From: Malacoraja senta | Lineage: Eukaryota | Direction of reading: 5' to 3' | Length of the DNA: 64,000 bases | Assembly: GCA_038087875.1 (NCBI GenBank) | Contig: CM075988.1 | Coordinates: 21,082,001-21,146,000, forward strand | Made by a program: the position numbers and the translations under genes | Notes under the pieces: generated by a model | The model's database searches: none | Seen by the model: only the letters and a program-made list of their open reading frames with translations | Told to the model about the DNA's origin: nothing | Shown here: positions 13,241 through 26,055 of the stretch, piece by piece | How positions within the stretch are numbered: the first letter of the stretch is position 1 | How the letters are laid out: each line of letters starts with the position of its first letter

Positions 13241-15379
13241 GGTCAGACTGATTGTACGTCTCGTTGTCATCTTCTCCTCAGCTAACAATGAACCGTTCTA
13301 CATGTCCTTGATCAGCGTCCTCTTTGATCTGCGTTTTCACACCTTACCCTTCCATTTCTCTCCGTCTCCCTCTCCCCCTGACTCTCATTCTGAAGAAAGG
13401 TCTCGACCCGAATCGTCACCCATTCCTTCTCTCCAGAGATGCTGCCTGTCCCGCTGAGTTACTCCAGCGTTTTGTGTCTATCTTCGGTAGGAACCAGCAT
13501 CTGAGCGGATACAGGTGTCGGGGTTTACGGGGAGAAGGCGGGAGAATGGGGTTAGGAGGGAGAGACAGATCAGCCAGGATTGAATGGCGGAGTAGACTTG
13601 ATGGGCCGAATGGCCTAATTGTACTCCTATTCCTCATGATCTGCAGTTCCTTCCTGCACATGACCTCTGGAGTGATCCATTGCAGTGAAGATTGTTAAGG
13701 GTTTGGACACGTTAGAGGCAGGAAACATGTTCCCGATGTTGGGGGAGTCCAGAACCAGGGGCCACGGTTTAAGAATAAGGAGTAAGCCATTTAGAACGGA
13801 GACGAGGTAACGCTTTTTCTCACAGAGAGTGGTGAGTCTGTGGAATTCTCTGCCTCAGAAGGCGGGGGAGGCAGGTTCTCTGGATGCTTTCAAGAGGGAG
13901 CTAGATAGGGCTCTTAAAAATAGCGGAGTCAGGGGATATGGGGAGAAGGCAGGAACGGGGTACTGATTGGGGATGATCAGCCATGATCACATTGAATCAC
14001 ACTGGCTCGAGGGGCTGAATGGCCTACTCCTGCACCTATTGTCTATTGTATTGAGATTTTGTTTGCCCCTTTGCAATCTCACACTCAGAAGGGACATTTC
14101 CATGCCGGCTGAGTTGCTTATGCAGAGAGCAATGTGACGTTGCCATTAGGAGCATTAGGCTCCTGCCAGGAATATGCTGCAATCAATCCCATTAAGCTGC
14201 AAGAAGCCACAAAGCAGAATCAATACATTTCCAAGCCTGGTTTAGTAATGAGCCATCAGTTTTTAGATAACTGCATTAAAACAATAATGCATTTGATTGC
14301 AGAAAGGGTGGCTTTGTAGAAATGCGATGGGCAGCATGGTCATAAAGATAGGCGCAGGTTTTTAATGAATTATTTATTTGCGCGTCCAGTGAAGTTGATG
14401 ATGTTTGCGTTTATGCTGTGTAATTTGCAAGGCTGTTTTCTCTAGAGATATTCTGTTCTTCCAGCTTCATGTTGGTGATTATAAAGGCTTGAATATGATT
14501 CATAGCAAGATGCAGCATGGAAACAGGCCTTTCGGCCCACCGAGTCCACACCGACCAGCGATCCCCGCACATTAACGCTATTCTGCACACAGCAGGGACA
14601 ATTTAGATTTACTGCACTCCAAGCCAATTGACCTACAGACCTGTGCGTCTTTGGAGTGTGGGAGGAAACCGAAGATCTGGGAGAAAAACCCGCGCAGGTC
14701 ACGGGGAGAACGTACAGACAAGCACCCTTGGTCAGGATCGAACCCGGGTCCCTGGCGCTGTAAGGCAGCAACTCTACCGCTGCGACACCGTGCCAGCCCT
14801 CGGGAGATGTTGTGACCGGTGCTGGAAATCCTGCTCGCAAGTGAAGGCGCCGAAGCTTTGAGGTTTGGAGCAGTGAAAAATGGATGGATGCCCTTTGCAA
14901 AGGCATCCCAGGCAGGCAGTGGTGGCCAAATTCCAGTCGAAAGCAAGGTGTGGGAATTTGTGCTGAGGGAAGGATTGAAGGAGAATGCTTTCTGCTCTTC
15001 CTGCTGTTTTTTTGGCTGCTTGTTGAACTGCAAAAAACACCCCGCCACTGCCCACAATTACTTGGTGTCGTGAGGAGAATAAATAGTGCAGCCATTCACA
15101 GTGGCATTTATTACACTAATTATCTGAGTTTTGCAAATATTCTCACAGCTTTCATCATCATATACCAGCTTGCTTGGAAGGGTTTGTAGACGGACTGTCT
15201 GATGCCAAGTTATAATCCAGTCATTGTTTATCATCACTAAAATGGCTGAGCAGTCAGAACTGTCGCTTTGACAATGGGTGGTGCTTTCTCTCTCCAGTAT
15301 GGAAGAACATCAGAGACAGAGCTGTTTGCAATTCAACCTTTGTGTGTTCTTCTCACTCAATACATCATAGTTGATACTT

Positions 15380-15672
15380 GGGCGCAGCGGTAGAGTTGCT
15401 GCCTCCCACCGCCAGAGACCCGGGTTCAATCCTGACTGCGGGTGCTGTCTGTACGGAGTTTGTACGTTCTCCCCGTGACCACGTGGGTTTTCTCCGGGTG
15501 CTCCGGTTTCCTCCCACACTCCAAAGACGTACGGGTTTGTAGGTTAATTGGCTTGGTATAAAAATGTAAATTGTCCCTAGTGTGTGTGGGATAGTGTTAG
15601 TGTGTGGGGATCGCTGGTCGGCGCGGACCCGGTGGGCCGAAGGGCCTATTTCCGCGCTGTATCTCTAAACTA
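15380..15672 (+). mobile_element. HE1-type V-SINE
   Basis: A/B boxes, V-domain and GGGCCGAAGGGCC tail. Confidence 0.85.
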
Positions 15673-16080
15673 ACCGATTTTCTCCATCGACTCTACCACC
15701 AATCTTCATTCCCTTAAGATCCAAACAAGTATAAATCTCTGTAGAAATTTGATGAGGTGAGAGAGTAGGGCACAGAGGTGCCTATTGTTGATGCCAGTGT
15801 TCTACATTTAATTTTTGTGGTTTACAAAAGTTAAATTTGATAACTAATTAATGCATTACGGACTATGACATTGAAGTTTACTTAAGCATATTGACAAGTC
15901 AGACAATTCATAGCGGATTTGAAACTAATCCCTAAGGAATAGTGTGGATTTAATTTTGAAAATGGAAATGATGCAAGCCATAAATCATTGATGTTTAACA
16001 GTTTTAATTACATCTGTCTTAGGTTGAGCCACTTTTGTTACTCGTAACATCTATCATTGTGACTTCACAATGAATTAATA

Positions 16081-16280
16081 TGTAGGAAGGAACTGCAGGT
16101 GCTGGTTTAAACCAAAGATATGCTGGAGTAACTCAGCGGGACAGGCAGCATCTCTGGAGAGAAGGAATGGGTGACGTTTCGGGTCGAGACCCTTCTTCAG
16201 ACCCGAAACGTCACCCATTCTTTCTCTCCAGAGATGCTGCCTGTCCAGCCGAGTTACTCCAGTATTTTGTGTCTATCTTC
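16081..16280. mobile_element. Fold-back Penelope-derived element
   Basis: Inverted arms. Intact motif on minus at 16173-16200; the + copy is truncated to ACCCGAAACGTC. Confidence 0.75.
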
Positions 16281-18252
16281 ACAATAGAGGCCAATTCACC
16301 AGATGTTTTCAAGAGAGAGTTAGATTTAGCTCTTAGGGCTAAAGGAATCGACGGGAGAAAGCAGGAACGGGTACTGATTTTGGATGATCAGCCATGATCA
16401 TATTGAATGGCGGGCTGGCTCGAAGGGCCGAATGGCCCAATTCTATTTTTCTATGTTTCTCTGCTTGTAAATTAATCGTTTTTCTCCTTTCCCTCCTCAC
16501 TTTCTGGTTTCGATTATTAAATCCTCGTACAACGTAATTGGCTTGTGGAAGAAAAACATGATTAATTTGGTTTAATTTTTTCGGAGACATTTTCACTTTG
16601 CACGTAAGATTTTGTATGCAGTGTTGCTAGGTTGGTTTTGTTTGGGAATTGATGGGATTTGATAAGTACGGGTGTCAAGGGTTACGAGCCGAAGGCAGGA
16701 GAATGGGGCTGAGAGAGAAAGATAGATCAGCCATGAATGAATGACAGCGTGGTGGCGTAGCGGTAGAGTTACTGCCTTACAGCGCCAGAGATCTTGGTGC
16801 TTGATCTTGATCCCGACTACAGGTGCTGTCTGTGTGGAGTTTGTACGTTCTCCCTGTGACCTGCGTGAGTTTTCACCAAGATCTTCGGTTTCTTCCCACA
16901 CTCCAAAGATGTACAGGTTTGTAGGTTAATTAGCTTGGTGTAAGTGTAAATTGGCCAGAGTGTGTGTAGGGTGATGTTAGTGTGTGGGGATCGCTGGTTG
17001 GCACGGACTCGGAGGGCCGGTTTCCACGCTGTATCGCTAAACTAAACTAAACTAGACTGGATGGGCCGAATGGCCCAATTCTGCTCCGAGAACTTATGAA
17101 GTAAAAGCAGAGTGATGCAGAGGTTTGTCTTCTGATTCAACATGGATTATGATATTTTATATTACCCAGTGGATATTGGAGAACTAGTCTCTTGCCATGG
17201 CCAGTCACCACATCCACGCCATTATCTACTTTATCTGTCCACAGTTGCCTGCAAAGTAGACTTGACACAACAGCAGTGGAGAAAAGGCACAGATTGCTGG
17301 AGTAACTCCGCAAGTCAGGCACCATCTCTGGAGAAGATGGATAGGTGATGCTTCAGGTCGAGACCTTTCTTCAAGTCTGAAGAAGGGTCTCGACCTGAAG
17401 CGTCATTTATATCTGACTTGCTGAGTTACTCCAGCACTTTACAGGGTTTTTTTGCAAACCAACATCTGCAGTACCGTCTTTCTCCAATAACAGTGGAGGC
17501 GAGGTTGTAATGTTTAGCGGTGTGTGTTAAAGTCCATCTGTGCTTTACAAGCACGCACGTTCCATAATGTTGTCTTGTGGTGAGTGTGGGTGGTGTACAG
17601 GAGATATATTCAGTAGCGTGAGCTTCAGGACAACATTAATGAAGGATCTTGAACAACACAGCCAGGCTCTGAGTGAATATTTCAGCGCGGCTTCTGAAGG
17701 ATATGTAAGCATTGCATGCTACACTGAGCATTCTCCTTACTGTAACTCCTCGGCAATTCATCACTGTCCTGGAGCTGATGTTTTCAGTTTACCTGGAGCT
17801 GCTGCCTAATTTAATTACTGTGTTTGCAAAAACCTAATGAAATCAGTAAGAGGTACGGCTGCTACAAAAAAAGCCCCTGGAAGCAAACGAGGATTTGAGC
17901 GAGGATTGGGTAATGAAGCTGATGGTTTTAGCTCCGTGATTTCATTACACTGAGCTACTGCAGATGAGTGGGAGGGCCAGTGGGCAGTTCCCAGTCGTAA
18001 TCTCAGGAAACGCATCAGAGTACCTGCAATGGGCTGCGATTGAAAGTTCACTTGACATTGGCCGTCTCTCGTGCCTGAAGTCAGTTTAGTTTATTGTCAC
18101 ATGTACCGAGGTGCAGGGAAAAGCTTTTGTCGTGAGCTAACCAGTCACCAGCTAGGTAATACATGATTACAATCGAGCCATCCGCAGTGTACAGATACAT
18201 GGTAAAGGAATGTGGTTTAGTGCAAGGCAAAGCCAGTAAAGTCCGATCAAAG

Positions 18253-18494
18253 GTACACATAAATGCTGGAGAAACTCAGCGGGTGCAGCAGCAGCATCTA
18301 TGGAGCGAAGGAAATAGGCGAAGTTTCGGGCCGAAACCCTTCTTCAGACTTCCCCCCTATCAGTCTGAAGAAGGGTTTCGGCCCGAAACGTTGCCTATCT
18401 CCTTCGCTCCATAGATGCTGCTGCACCCGCTGAGTTTCTCCAGCATTTTTGTCTACCTTCGATTTTCCAGCATCTGCAGTTCCTTCTTGAACAC
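18253..18494. mobile_element. Fold-back Penelope-derived element with 15-bp TSD, inside a Rex1/Babar-like tail
   Basis: TSD AAAGTCCGATCAAAG at 18238-18252 and 18495-18509. Inverted arms. Motif CTGAAGAAGGGTTTCGGCCCGAAACGTT at 18365-18392. Confidence 0.85.
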
Positions 18495-20703
18495 AAAGTC
18501 CGATCAAAGATGGTTCGAGGATTACCAACGAAGCAGGTAATAGCTCAGGACTGCTCTCTGGTTGTGGTAGGATGGTTCAGTTGCCTGATAACAGCTGGGA
18601 AGAAACTGTCCCTGAATTTGGAGGTGTGCGTTTTCACACTTCTCTGCCTTTTGCCCGATGGGGCACATAAATAGGCTCTTCCGTCCATGCTGATCTTTCT
18701 CACATCCTACATTCCTAGTTCAGTACCTGACGGCCCTCCCCGCTCTGCGCTCTCAGCGGTTGCTCGCAGGTCCCTCCTTGCTTTTGCGGTACGGGCCCCG
18801 TTGGGCGTGCCGGGCCCACTGGAGAGCTTGGGTCTGCTCACCAGGAACACTCCCGGCCCCGCAGCTCACTGGGCATAGTGAAGAACAAATCAGAGAAACA
18901 TAGAAAATAGGCCATGTCTATGTTGCTATGTATCCTTCTATGCCTTGCCTATTAGTTGCTTTAGTTTGTGCCTTGCACGGTGTCTAAACGTTGAGATTGA
19001 ACGCGAGAATATTTGATACTCTGCCAGTCCAATCTCCTTGTGGCAAATTGGCTTGTTCTTTTCAAAACCATGTTCTTCTGCTTCAATTTCATTCTTTTCC
19101 AAATGATATGCAAGAGCTGTTCCATCATCGGCGGAACTGTTATCAAAAACTTCGGCAAGTAAAACCCCAACAGAATGAAGAAAAGATTTGCTCAGCCATT
19201 GATATTTGCCAACCCAACTTCTATTCAATTGGTCAAATTCCAGAATTGCCTTTAAACCGTCTTTCAAAAGAGGTCTTGATAATTTTTTCAACGCTGTGGC
19301 TCATGTTCTCACGTTGGTCCCTGATATTTACACCTCTTTCATGCTGTTTATGATACTTTGGTTGTGTTTTGTTTCAACAACACTCCTATGTTGGGAAGTA
19401 GATCATTCTGGTGCCAGCAGCAACTGAAATACATTGAAAGAAGGCTCTTTGGCCTGCCCAGCCCACCACCACCATCCATCACCCATTCGTACTATTCCTA
19501 CCTTATCCCATTTTTACACACCAGGGGCAATTTACACACAGGCCGATGAACCGATAAACACCGCGTGTCTTCGAGGTGTGGGAGGAAACCAGAGCACCCG
19601 GTGAAAACCCACGTGGTCACAGGGCGATCTTGCAAACATCACACGGACATCACATTGGTTTTACTTGCTGCCCTGTGGAAATAGTCAGCAGATACCACAA
19701 GGTTTTGTACCTCCTTGCTCTTTGCTTCTCACAGAGACGAACCCTATTTAAAAGTCACCCACACTAACCAAGATGCCCCATGCAAGCTGGTCCCATTTGC
19801 CCCCACCTGACCTATATTCCTCAAAATCTCTCCTGTCCCAATGTCTTTTAAGTATTGTTATAATACCAGCCTCAACTACCTCCTCTGGCAGCTCATTCCA
19901 TACACCCACCACCCTCTGTGTGAAGAGGTTTCCCCTCAGCTTCCTATTATATCTCCCCCCCCCCACCCCATACTCTCTCCAGTTCATGATTCAGAAGAAA
20001 AAAATGAACACAGAGTGATTTTTAAATGGCGAGAGATTAAAAAGGATCATTGTTCAGAGGGAGCTACACACATTAACATTGCAAGTAAACAGGCAATTAC
20101 GATTTCCCTGCCTTGAGTAAAAGACTTGGCATTCACGCTATCCATGTTTTCAAGAGAGAGTTAGATTTATCTCTTAGGGCTAACGGAATCAATGGGATAT
20201 GGGGAGAAAGCAGGAAGGCGGTACTGATTTTGGATGATCAGCCATGATCATATATTAATGGCGGTGCTGGCTCGAAGGTCCGAATGGCCTTTTCCTGCAC
20301 CTATTTTCTATGTTTCTATTCCCTTCATGATTATATACACCTCTATAGGATCACCCCTCAGGTCAAGTCAATCTAAGCCCTTTGCCTGTAAATGTTGGAT
20401 GCCATTCCCAAGATAGAACATCCTCCTAATATTGCAGTTGTACGCTGTTCAATGTATCCATCTCCCGAGTAGTCAAGAATCTATCAAATCTCTGCTTTAA
20501 AAATACCCAATGACTTGGCCTCCACAACCGTCTGCGGCAATGAATTCCACAGATCCACCACCCTCTAGCTGAAGAAATTCCTCCTCATCTCCTTTCTGTT
20601 GGTACAATCTCCCACGATTGTACATGTCGGAACACGGGAGATGTTATGGGAAGAAAGGGAATTGTACTTCCGGGGCTGGGACATGACACAGATTTGCAGC
20701 AGA

Positions 20704-21090
20704 TCTCATTCCCAATCGGACCTTTCTAGTCCTGGGCCTCCTCCATTGTCAGAGTGAGGCCCAGCGCAAATTGGAGGAACAGCACCTCATATTTCGCTTG
20801 GGTAGTCTACACCCCAGCGGGATGAACATTGACTTCTCTAACTTCAGATAGACCTTGCTTTCCCTCTCTCTCCATCCCCTCCCCCTTCCCCGTTCTCCCA
20901 CCAGTCTTACTGTCTCTGACTACATTCTATCTCTGTCCCGCCCACTCCCCTGACATCAGTCTGAAGTAGGGCCTCGACCCGAAACGTCGCCCATTCCTTC
21001 TCTCCAGAGATGCTGCCTGACCCGCTGAGTTACTCCAGCATTTTGTGTCTACTTTCGATTTAAACCAGCATCTGCAGTTCTTTCCTGCAC
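20704..21090 (+). mobile_element. Penelope-like retrotransposon 3' fragment: C-terminus of GIY-YIG endonuclease ORF + 3' UTR/pLTR with degenerate hammerhead motif
   Basis: 20729-20851 reads VLGLLHCQSEAQRKLEEQHLIFRLGSLHPSGMNIDFSNFR*, an E...IxxLxxLxPxGxN motif typical of the PLE GIY-YIG end. A pyrimidine-rich UTR follows, then CTGAAGTAGGGCCTCGACCCGAAACGTC at 20961-20988 and the common tail ending ...CAGCATCTGCAGTTCTTTCC. Confidence 0.8.
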
Positions 21091-21531
21091 AGATTTGCAA
21101 TGACAGGTTTGGAGTTCACAGACACGGGGAAATATTGACTCTTGCTAAAGATTCTGAATTTCATCTCGGGGTTCAGATGGCAGCCACAAATTAATTGCAT
21201 TTTTTGTTTCATTGCTGGCTGTGTGATCCAAAACCTTTTATGATTATTTCTCCATTCTCTGTTTAATGAACTGCTTTTTTTTGTTGCAAAAGGCACTCAG
21301 AAACCAAGTATTGATCTTATTGAGGTTTCCATTCGAGCAATCTTTCAAATATTGAGTATTTGTTAGAGCTGTGAAAATGTCCCTGCTAAGAAACAATCTC
21401 CACATTACACAGAGGGAAAATCTTCCAGTACTTCATTCATTCAATTAATTCTTGCTACTTTTGCAATGTTACAATGCACCACCCCACACACCCCCGCCTC
21501 CCCCTCTTCATCTGTATCCACCTATCACTTG

Positions 21532-21778
21532 TGTAGGAAGGAACTGCAGATGGTGGTTTACACCAAAGGTAGACGCAAAAATGCTGGAGTAACTCAGCGG
21601 GACAGGAAGCATCTCTGGAGTATAGGAACAGGTGACGTTTCGGGTCGAGACCCTTCTTCAGACTGAGAATCAGAGGAGAGGGAAACTGGAGATTATGGAT
21701 GGGTAGATAGAGAATGTAAGGTGTGAAAAGCACAGATCAAAGCAGACGATGGATCAAGGAAATTGTACTCCAGCATTT
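21532..21778 (-). mobile_element. Penelope pLTR fragment with 19-bp TSD, nested in an older pLTR-like sequence
   Basis: TSD TGTATCCACCTATCACTTG at 21513-21531 and 21779-21797. Intact ribozyme-like motif on minus at 21634-21661. Confidence 0.78.
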
Positions 21779-22092
21779 TGTATCCACCTATCACTTGCCA
21801 AGCTTTGGCGCATCCCCCACCTCTCTGCCAGCTTTCTGCCCCCCCCCCCCCTACTCCATCAACCTGAAGAAGGGCCCTAACCTGAAACATTATCTGTCCA
21901 TTAACTCCACAGATGCTGCTCAACCCGTTGAGTTTTTCACGCACTTTGTGTTCAGCTCAGTCTTTAACATTAACTGTTTATCTCTAAGTTACCGTTGTTA
22001 ATCCTGTTTGTTTATTCGAGATTTATCTTAAAGACTTTTTGTATGAAAAAGTTGAAGGTTTGCAAGGAATGGATAGAAATAGATTACGTGCA

Positions 22093-22420
22093 ACAACATA
22101 ATGGTTGAACACAAACTCAAAACCGACGCTAGGGTCGGGTGAGTGGGCGTAGGGAAGGGCAGTGGGATATATCTCTGCTTTTTTTTTCACTTCTTCGTTA
22201 GTTCAGGGGTTTTTCTTTTTCGTATCTTTTTCGAAATGTTCTCTTTTCTCTTTCCTTTCTCCTTCCTTTCCCTTCTTTGCTTTTTTCTTTTTTCCGATTT
22301 ACTTATTAGTTTATGAAATGTTAAAACTGAAGCTGTACGAAAGTTGTATAATTGTTATGTCGATTACTTTCCCCTCGTACAATTGCTTCTAATAAAATAA
22401 ATGTTAAAAAAAAAAAAAAG
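22093..22420 (+). mobile_element. 5'-truncated poly(A) retro-insertion (L1/Tx1-like 3' UTR) with 13-bp TSD
   Basis: AATAAA followed by an A-run at 22406-22419. TSD TAGATTA(C/T)GTGCA at 22080-22092 and 22421-22433. Confidence 0.72.
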
Positions 22421-22693
22421 TAGATTATGTGCAGGCAGATAAGAGTTAGTCTAGGCGTTGTGGTTAGCATAGACACTGTGGGCCGAAGGGCCTGTTGCTG
22501 TGCTGCAGGGCTGTGTGTTCTAACTTAAAGGTTCCAGAGGCTGTGCTGCTGAAAGTAACAATTTAATTGTTCCATCTGGTGACATCTGAAAATAAAATAT
22601 TCTCTTGACTCTCGACCTTGAAGGACATAGTTCCACGAGGGAAGATGGCAGGTATGATCCTAGCCAAGAGTTAACATAGGGCGATCTCGTTGA

Positions 22694-22990
22694 CGGCGCA
22701 GCGGTAGAGTTGCTGCCTTACAGCGAATGCTGCGCCGGAGATCCGGGTTCGATCCCGACTACGGGTGCTGTCTGTACGGAGTTTGTACGTTCTCCCCGTG
22801 ACCTGCGTGGGTTTTCTCCGAGATCTTCGGTTTCCTCCCACACTCCAAAGACGTACAGGTTTGTAGGTTAATTGGCTTGGTATAAATGTAAAAAATTGTC
22901 CCTTGTGGGTGTAGGATAGTGTTAATGTGCGGGGATCGCTGGTCGGCACGGACCCGGTGGGCCGAAGGGCCTGTATTTCTAAAACTAAAA
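22694..22990 (+). mobile_element. HE1-type V-SINE (variant with extra GAATGCTGC in the head)
   Basis: Same architecture as the other copies. Confidence 0.82.
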
Positions 22991-24470
22991 TTTAAACCTT
23001 CAGGAAGAGAAAATCAAGGGGAAATAAAGTATTTTTAGTTCTTAGTTGAGAGATACAGCGCGGAAATAGGCCCTTTGACCCACCCAGTCCGCGCCGACCA
23101 GCGATCCCCACACACTAACACTATCCTGAACACACGAGGGAAATTGTCCCACCCCGGTCATTCCTTCTTCTTCCTGCTCCCGTACGACAGAAGGTACAGA
23201 AGCATGAAAGTGTGCACCACCAGATACTGGGACAACTTCTTCCCCTCTGTGACCGGGCCTCTGAATGGTCCTTCCATAAGCGAGGGTTCTGTCTGATACA
23301 CTGCTATCCCATTGAGGACATTGGACTTTGTCTATGGAACTGATGCGCTACAATGCGCTGCAAATTTGAGACCTATATCCTGCACTCTATATCTTCCCCT
23401 TTGCTCTATCTATTGTAGTTACGTTTAGCGATACAGTGCCGAAACAGGCCCTTCGGCTCACTGAGTCCGTGCCGACCAGCGATCCCCGTACACCAACACT
23501 ATCCTACACACTAGGGACAATTTACAAGTTTCACCGAAGCCATTAACCGACAAACCTGTACGTCTTTGCAGTGTGGGAGGAAACCGGACCACCCGGAGAC
23601 ACACCCACGCTGGTCACTGGGAGAACGTGCAAACTCCGTACCGATCGCACCCGTGGTCAGGATCGAACCCGGGTCTCTGGCGCTGTAAGGCAGCAACTCT
23701 TCCGCTGCGCCACCGTGCCGCTCCCAAATTCCGTGATTGTATATTTGGCTTCAACAGTGTGGCAATCGACACTTATAACCACACCTGCCGTCCTCCCGCA
23801 TTGTACAATGTCCTTCACGAGCGAGAGAGTCAAGCCAGTGTTTTATTGTCATTTGTCCCTAGTCCGACAGATGCAAGCACTCTAGGTCTGGCCATTGTGA
23901 ACGCTTCCATTGGTCCCTGTGGTGAATGAGATCTCTGTCCTTGCCCTCAGAGATTGAGCCCTGTGGAAGTGCGTACAGGCTGAAGCTGTGATGATCATGA
24001 AGGGCGCTCTGTTCTGGATGAGTAGATGATAGCAGTGCCAGCAGGAGACCCCTTAGTGGGAGCGTGCATCAGTGAAAGCACATTGCAGCTTCCCCACGTC
24101 CGCAACGGAATCGACCTTACTCCCCCATTGACTTTGAAGAGGGGAAGCAAGTTTGACTGGATTTGCAGGAAGGAACTGCAGACGCTGGTTTAAACCAAAG
24201 ATAGATACAAAACGCTGGAGTAACTCAGCGGGACAGGCAGCATCTCTGGAGAGAAGGAATGGGTGGCATTTCGGGTCGAGACCCTTCTTCGGACTTTAAG
24301 TGTTATCTGTAAATTGCACCAGGCCTGTTCAAGGGATTCTCTCTGAGTTTGATTTCAAGTTTAGTTTATTGTCACGCGTTCAGAGGCACGTTATTCCCTT
24401 ATCATATATCTGTACACTGTAAATGGCTTGATTGTAATCATGTATTGTCTTTCCCCTGACTGGTTAGCAC

Positions 24471-24821
24471 GCAGCGGAAATCCTGGGGGGGAGGGGGGGG
24501 GCTGTCCCCCTCATGTTTTGGGAGGTGGGGGACAATCCCCCCATGTTTTGTGACCAGGGCGCTGCAGCCAGTGTGAGGTCGGCTCGCTTGCCACAGGTCT
24601 AGTTGTAGCTGTAGCGCCCAGTTCTCCTGCGTGCCCCGGGACTGGCTGCAGTTCCCAGGTCACAAAAGCAAATTGAAAAAAAACATGCCTGCGGGCCGGA
24701 TGATTTTGGGTTGCGGGCCGGATCCGGCCCGTGGGCCGTAGGTTGCCAACCCCTGTCCTAGATGTTAGGCCTCATTGTGTCCCCGTCCCCCCCCATGTTT
24801 TAAAAACGATTTCCGCCCATG
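24471..24821. mobile_element. hAT-like MITE remnant containing a second hAT terminal fragment
   Basis: GCGGAAATC ... GATTTCCGCCCATG termini. Internal GCGGGCCGGATCCGGCCC..GGTTGCCAACCCCTG followed by TCCTAGAT. Confidence 0.55.
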
Positions 24822-25554
24822 CGATTGTACCTCTGTACAAGTGACAATAAACTAAACTGAACATATCTTGTCACGTGCTGTCAGTGGAAAGACAACACAT
24901 GATTCCAATCAAGCCATTCACAATGTACAGATACAGGAAGAAGCGAATAACATTGAGTGCAAGATAAAGTCCGAACCAAGATAGTCTGAGGGTCTTCGAT
25001 AAACTGAAACTGAAAGATAGACACAAATTGCTGGAGTAACTCAGCGGGGCAGGCAGCATCTCTGGAGAGAACTGAAGAAGGGTCTCGACCTGAAACATCA
25101 CCCATTCCTTCTCTCCAGAGATGCTACCTGTCCTGCTGAGTTACTCCAGCACTTTGTGTCTATCTTCGGTTTAAACCAGCATCTGCAGTTCCTTCCTGCG
25201 CATTGAACTGAACTGAGATTTTGCTGAGACAATGAGAGTTGAACCTGTGGCCATGGGAATCGTTCCATTAGCTGCTGAGTTGTCCTAGCAACAGCAACAC
25301 TTTTATTGCTTAGAAATATCTTTAAACTGCCCAGTTAGCCTTAATGAGAAACAGCGCAGTCTAGTGATTTGATGAATATAACCTTTGTCACTGCAGCCTG
25401 TCTATTTCTGCATTGCTGTCGTCATCTATAATTGCCAAACTGCTGTCTTTTTATTCGTCTCACTTTAAACTTCAGACTTGAGGGATACAGCGTGGAAACG
25501 GGCCCTTCAGCCCACCGAGTCCACGCCTACCAGCGATCACCTTGTACACTAACT

Positions 25555-26055
25555 ATAGACAATAGACAATAGGTGCAGGAGTAGGCCATTTGGCCCTACG
25601 AGCCACACCGCCATTCAATGTGATCATGGCTGATCATCCCCAACCAGTACCCCGTTCCTGCCTTCTCCCCATATCCCCTGACTCCGCTATTTTTAAGAGC
25701 CCTATCTAGCTCTCTCTTGAAAGCATCCAGAGAACCCGCCTCCACCGCCCTCTGAGGCAGAGAATTCCACAGACTCACCACTCTCTGTGAGAAAAAGTGT
25801 TTCCTCGTTTCTGTTCTAAATGGCTTACTCCTTATTCTTAAACTGTGGCCCCTGGTTCTGGACTCCCCCAACATCGGGAACATGTTTCCTGCCTCTAGTG
25901 TGTCCAAGCCCTTAACAATCTTATGTGTTTCAATGAGATGCCCTCTCATCCTTCTAAACTCCAGAGTGTACAAGCCCAGCTGCTCCATTCTCTCAGCACA
26001 TGACAGTCCCGCCATCCCGGGAATTAACCTTGTAAACCTACGCTGCACTCCCTCA
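25555..26055 (-). mobile_element. CR1-clade LINE 3' fragment (ORF2 C-terminus + 3' UTR)
   Basis: QRRFTRLIPGMAGLS..LGLYTLEFRRMRG.LIET.KI..RTRGH..FFSQRVVSLWNSLP; 3' UTR ends in (ATTGTCT)n. Confidence 0.88.

Noticed and set aside
14442..15095. 217-aa minus-strand ORF
   Set aside because: Runs through a HE1 SINE; no protein-family features.
18938..19353. Overlapping 117-aa (-) and 120-aa (+) ORFs in non-repeat DNA
   Set aside because: Non-ATG starts, no recognisable domain and no convincing splice signals. A tblastn/phyloCSF check would be needed to revive them.
25596..26048. CR1 ORF2-like ORFs as functional genes or autonomous LINEs
   Set aside because: All are 5'-truncated fragments of 500 bp or less lacking the RT core and endonuclease.
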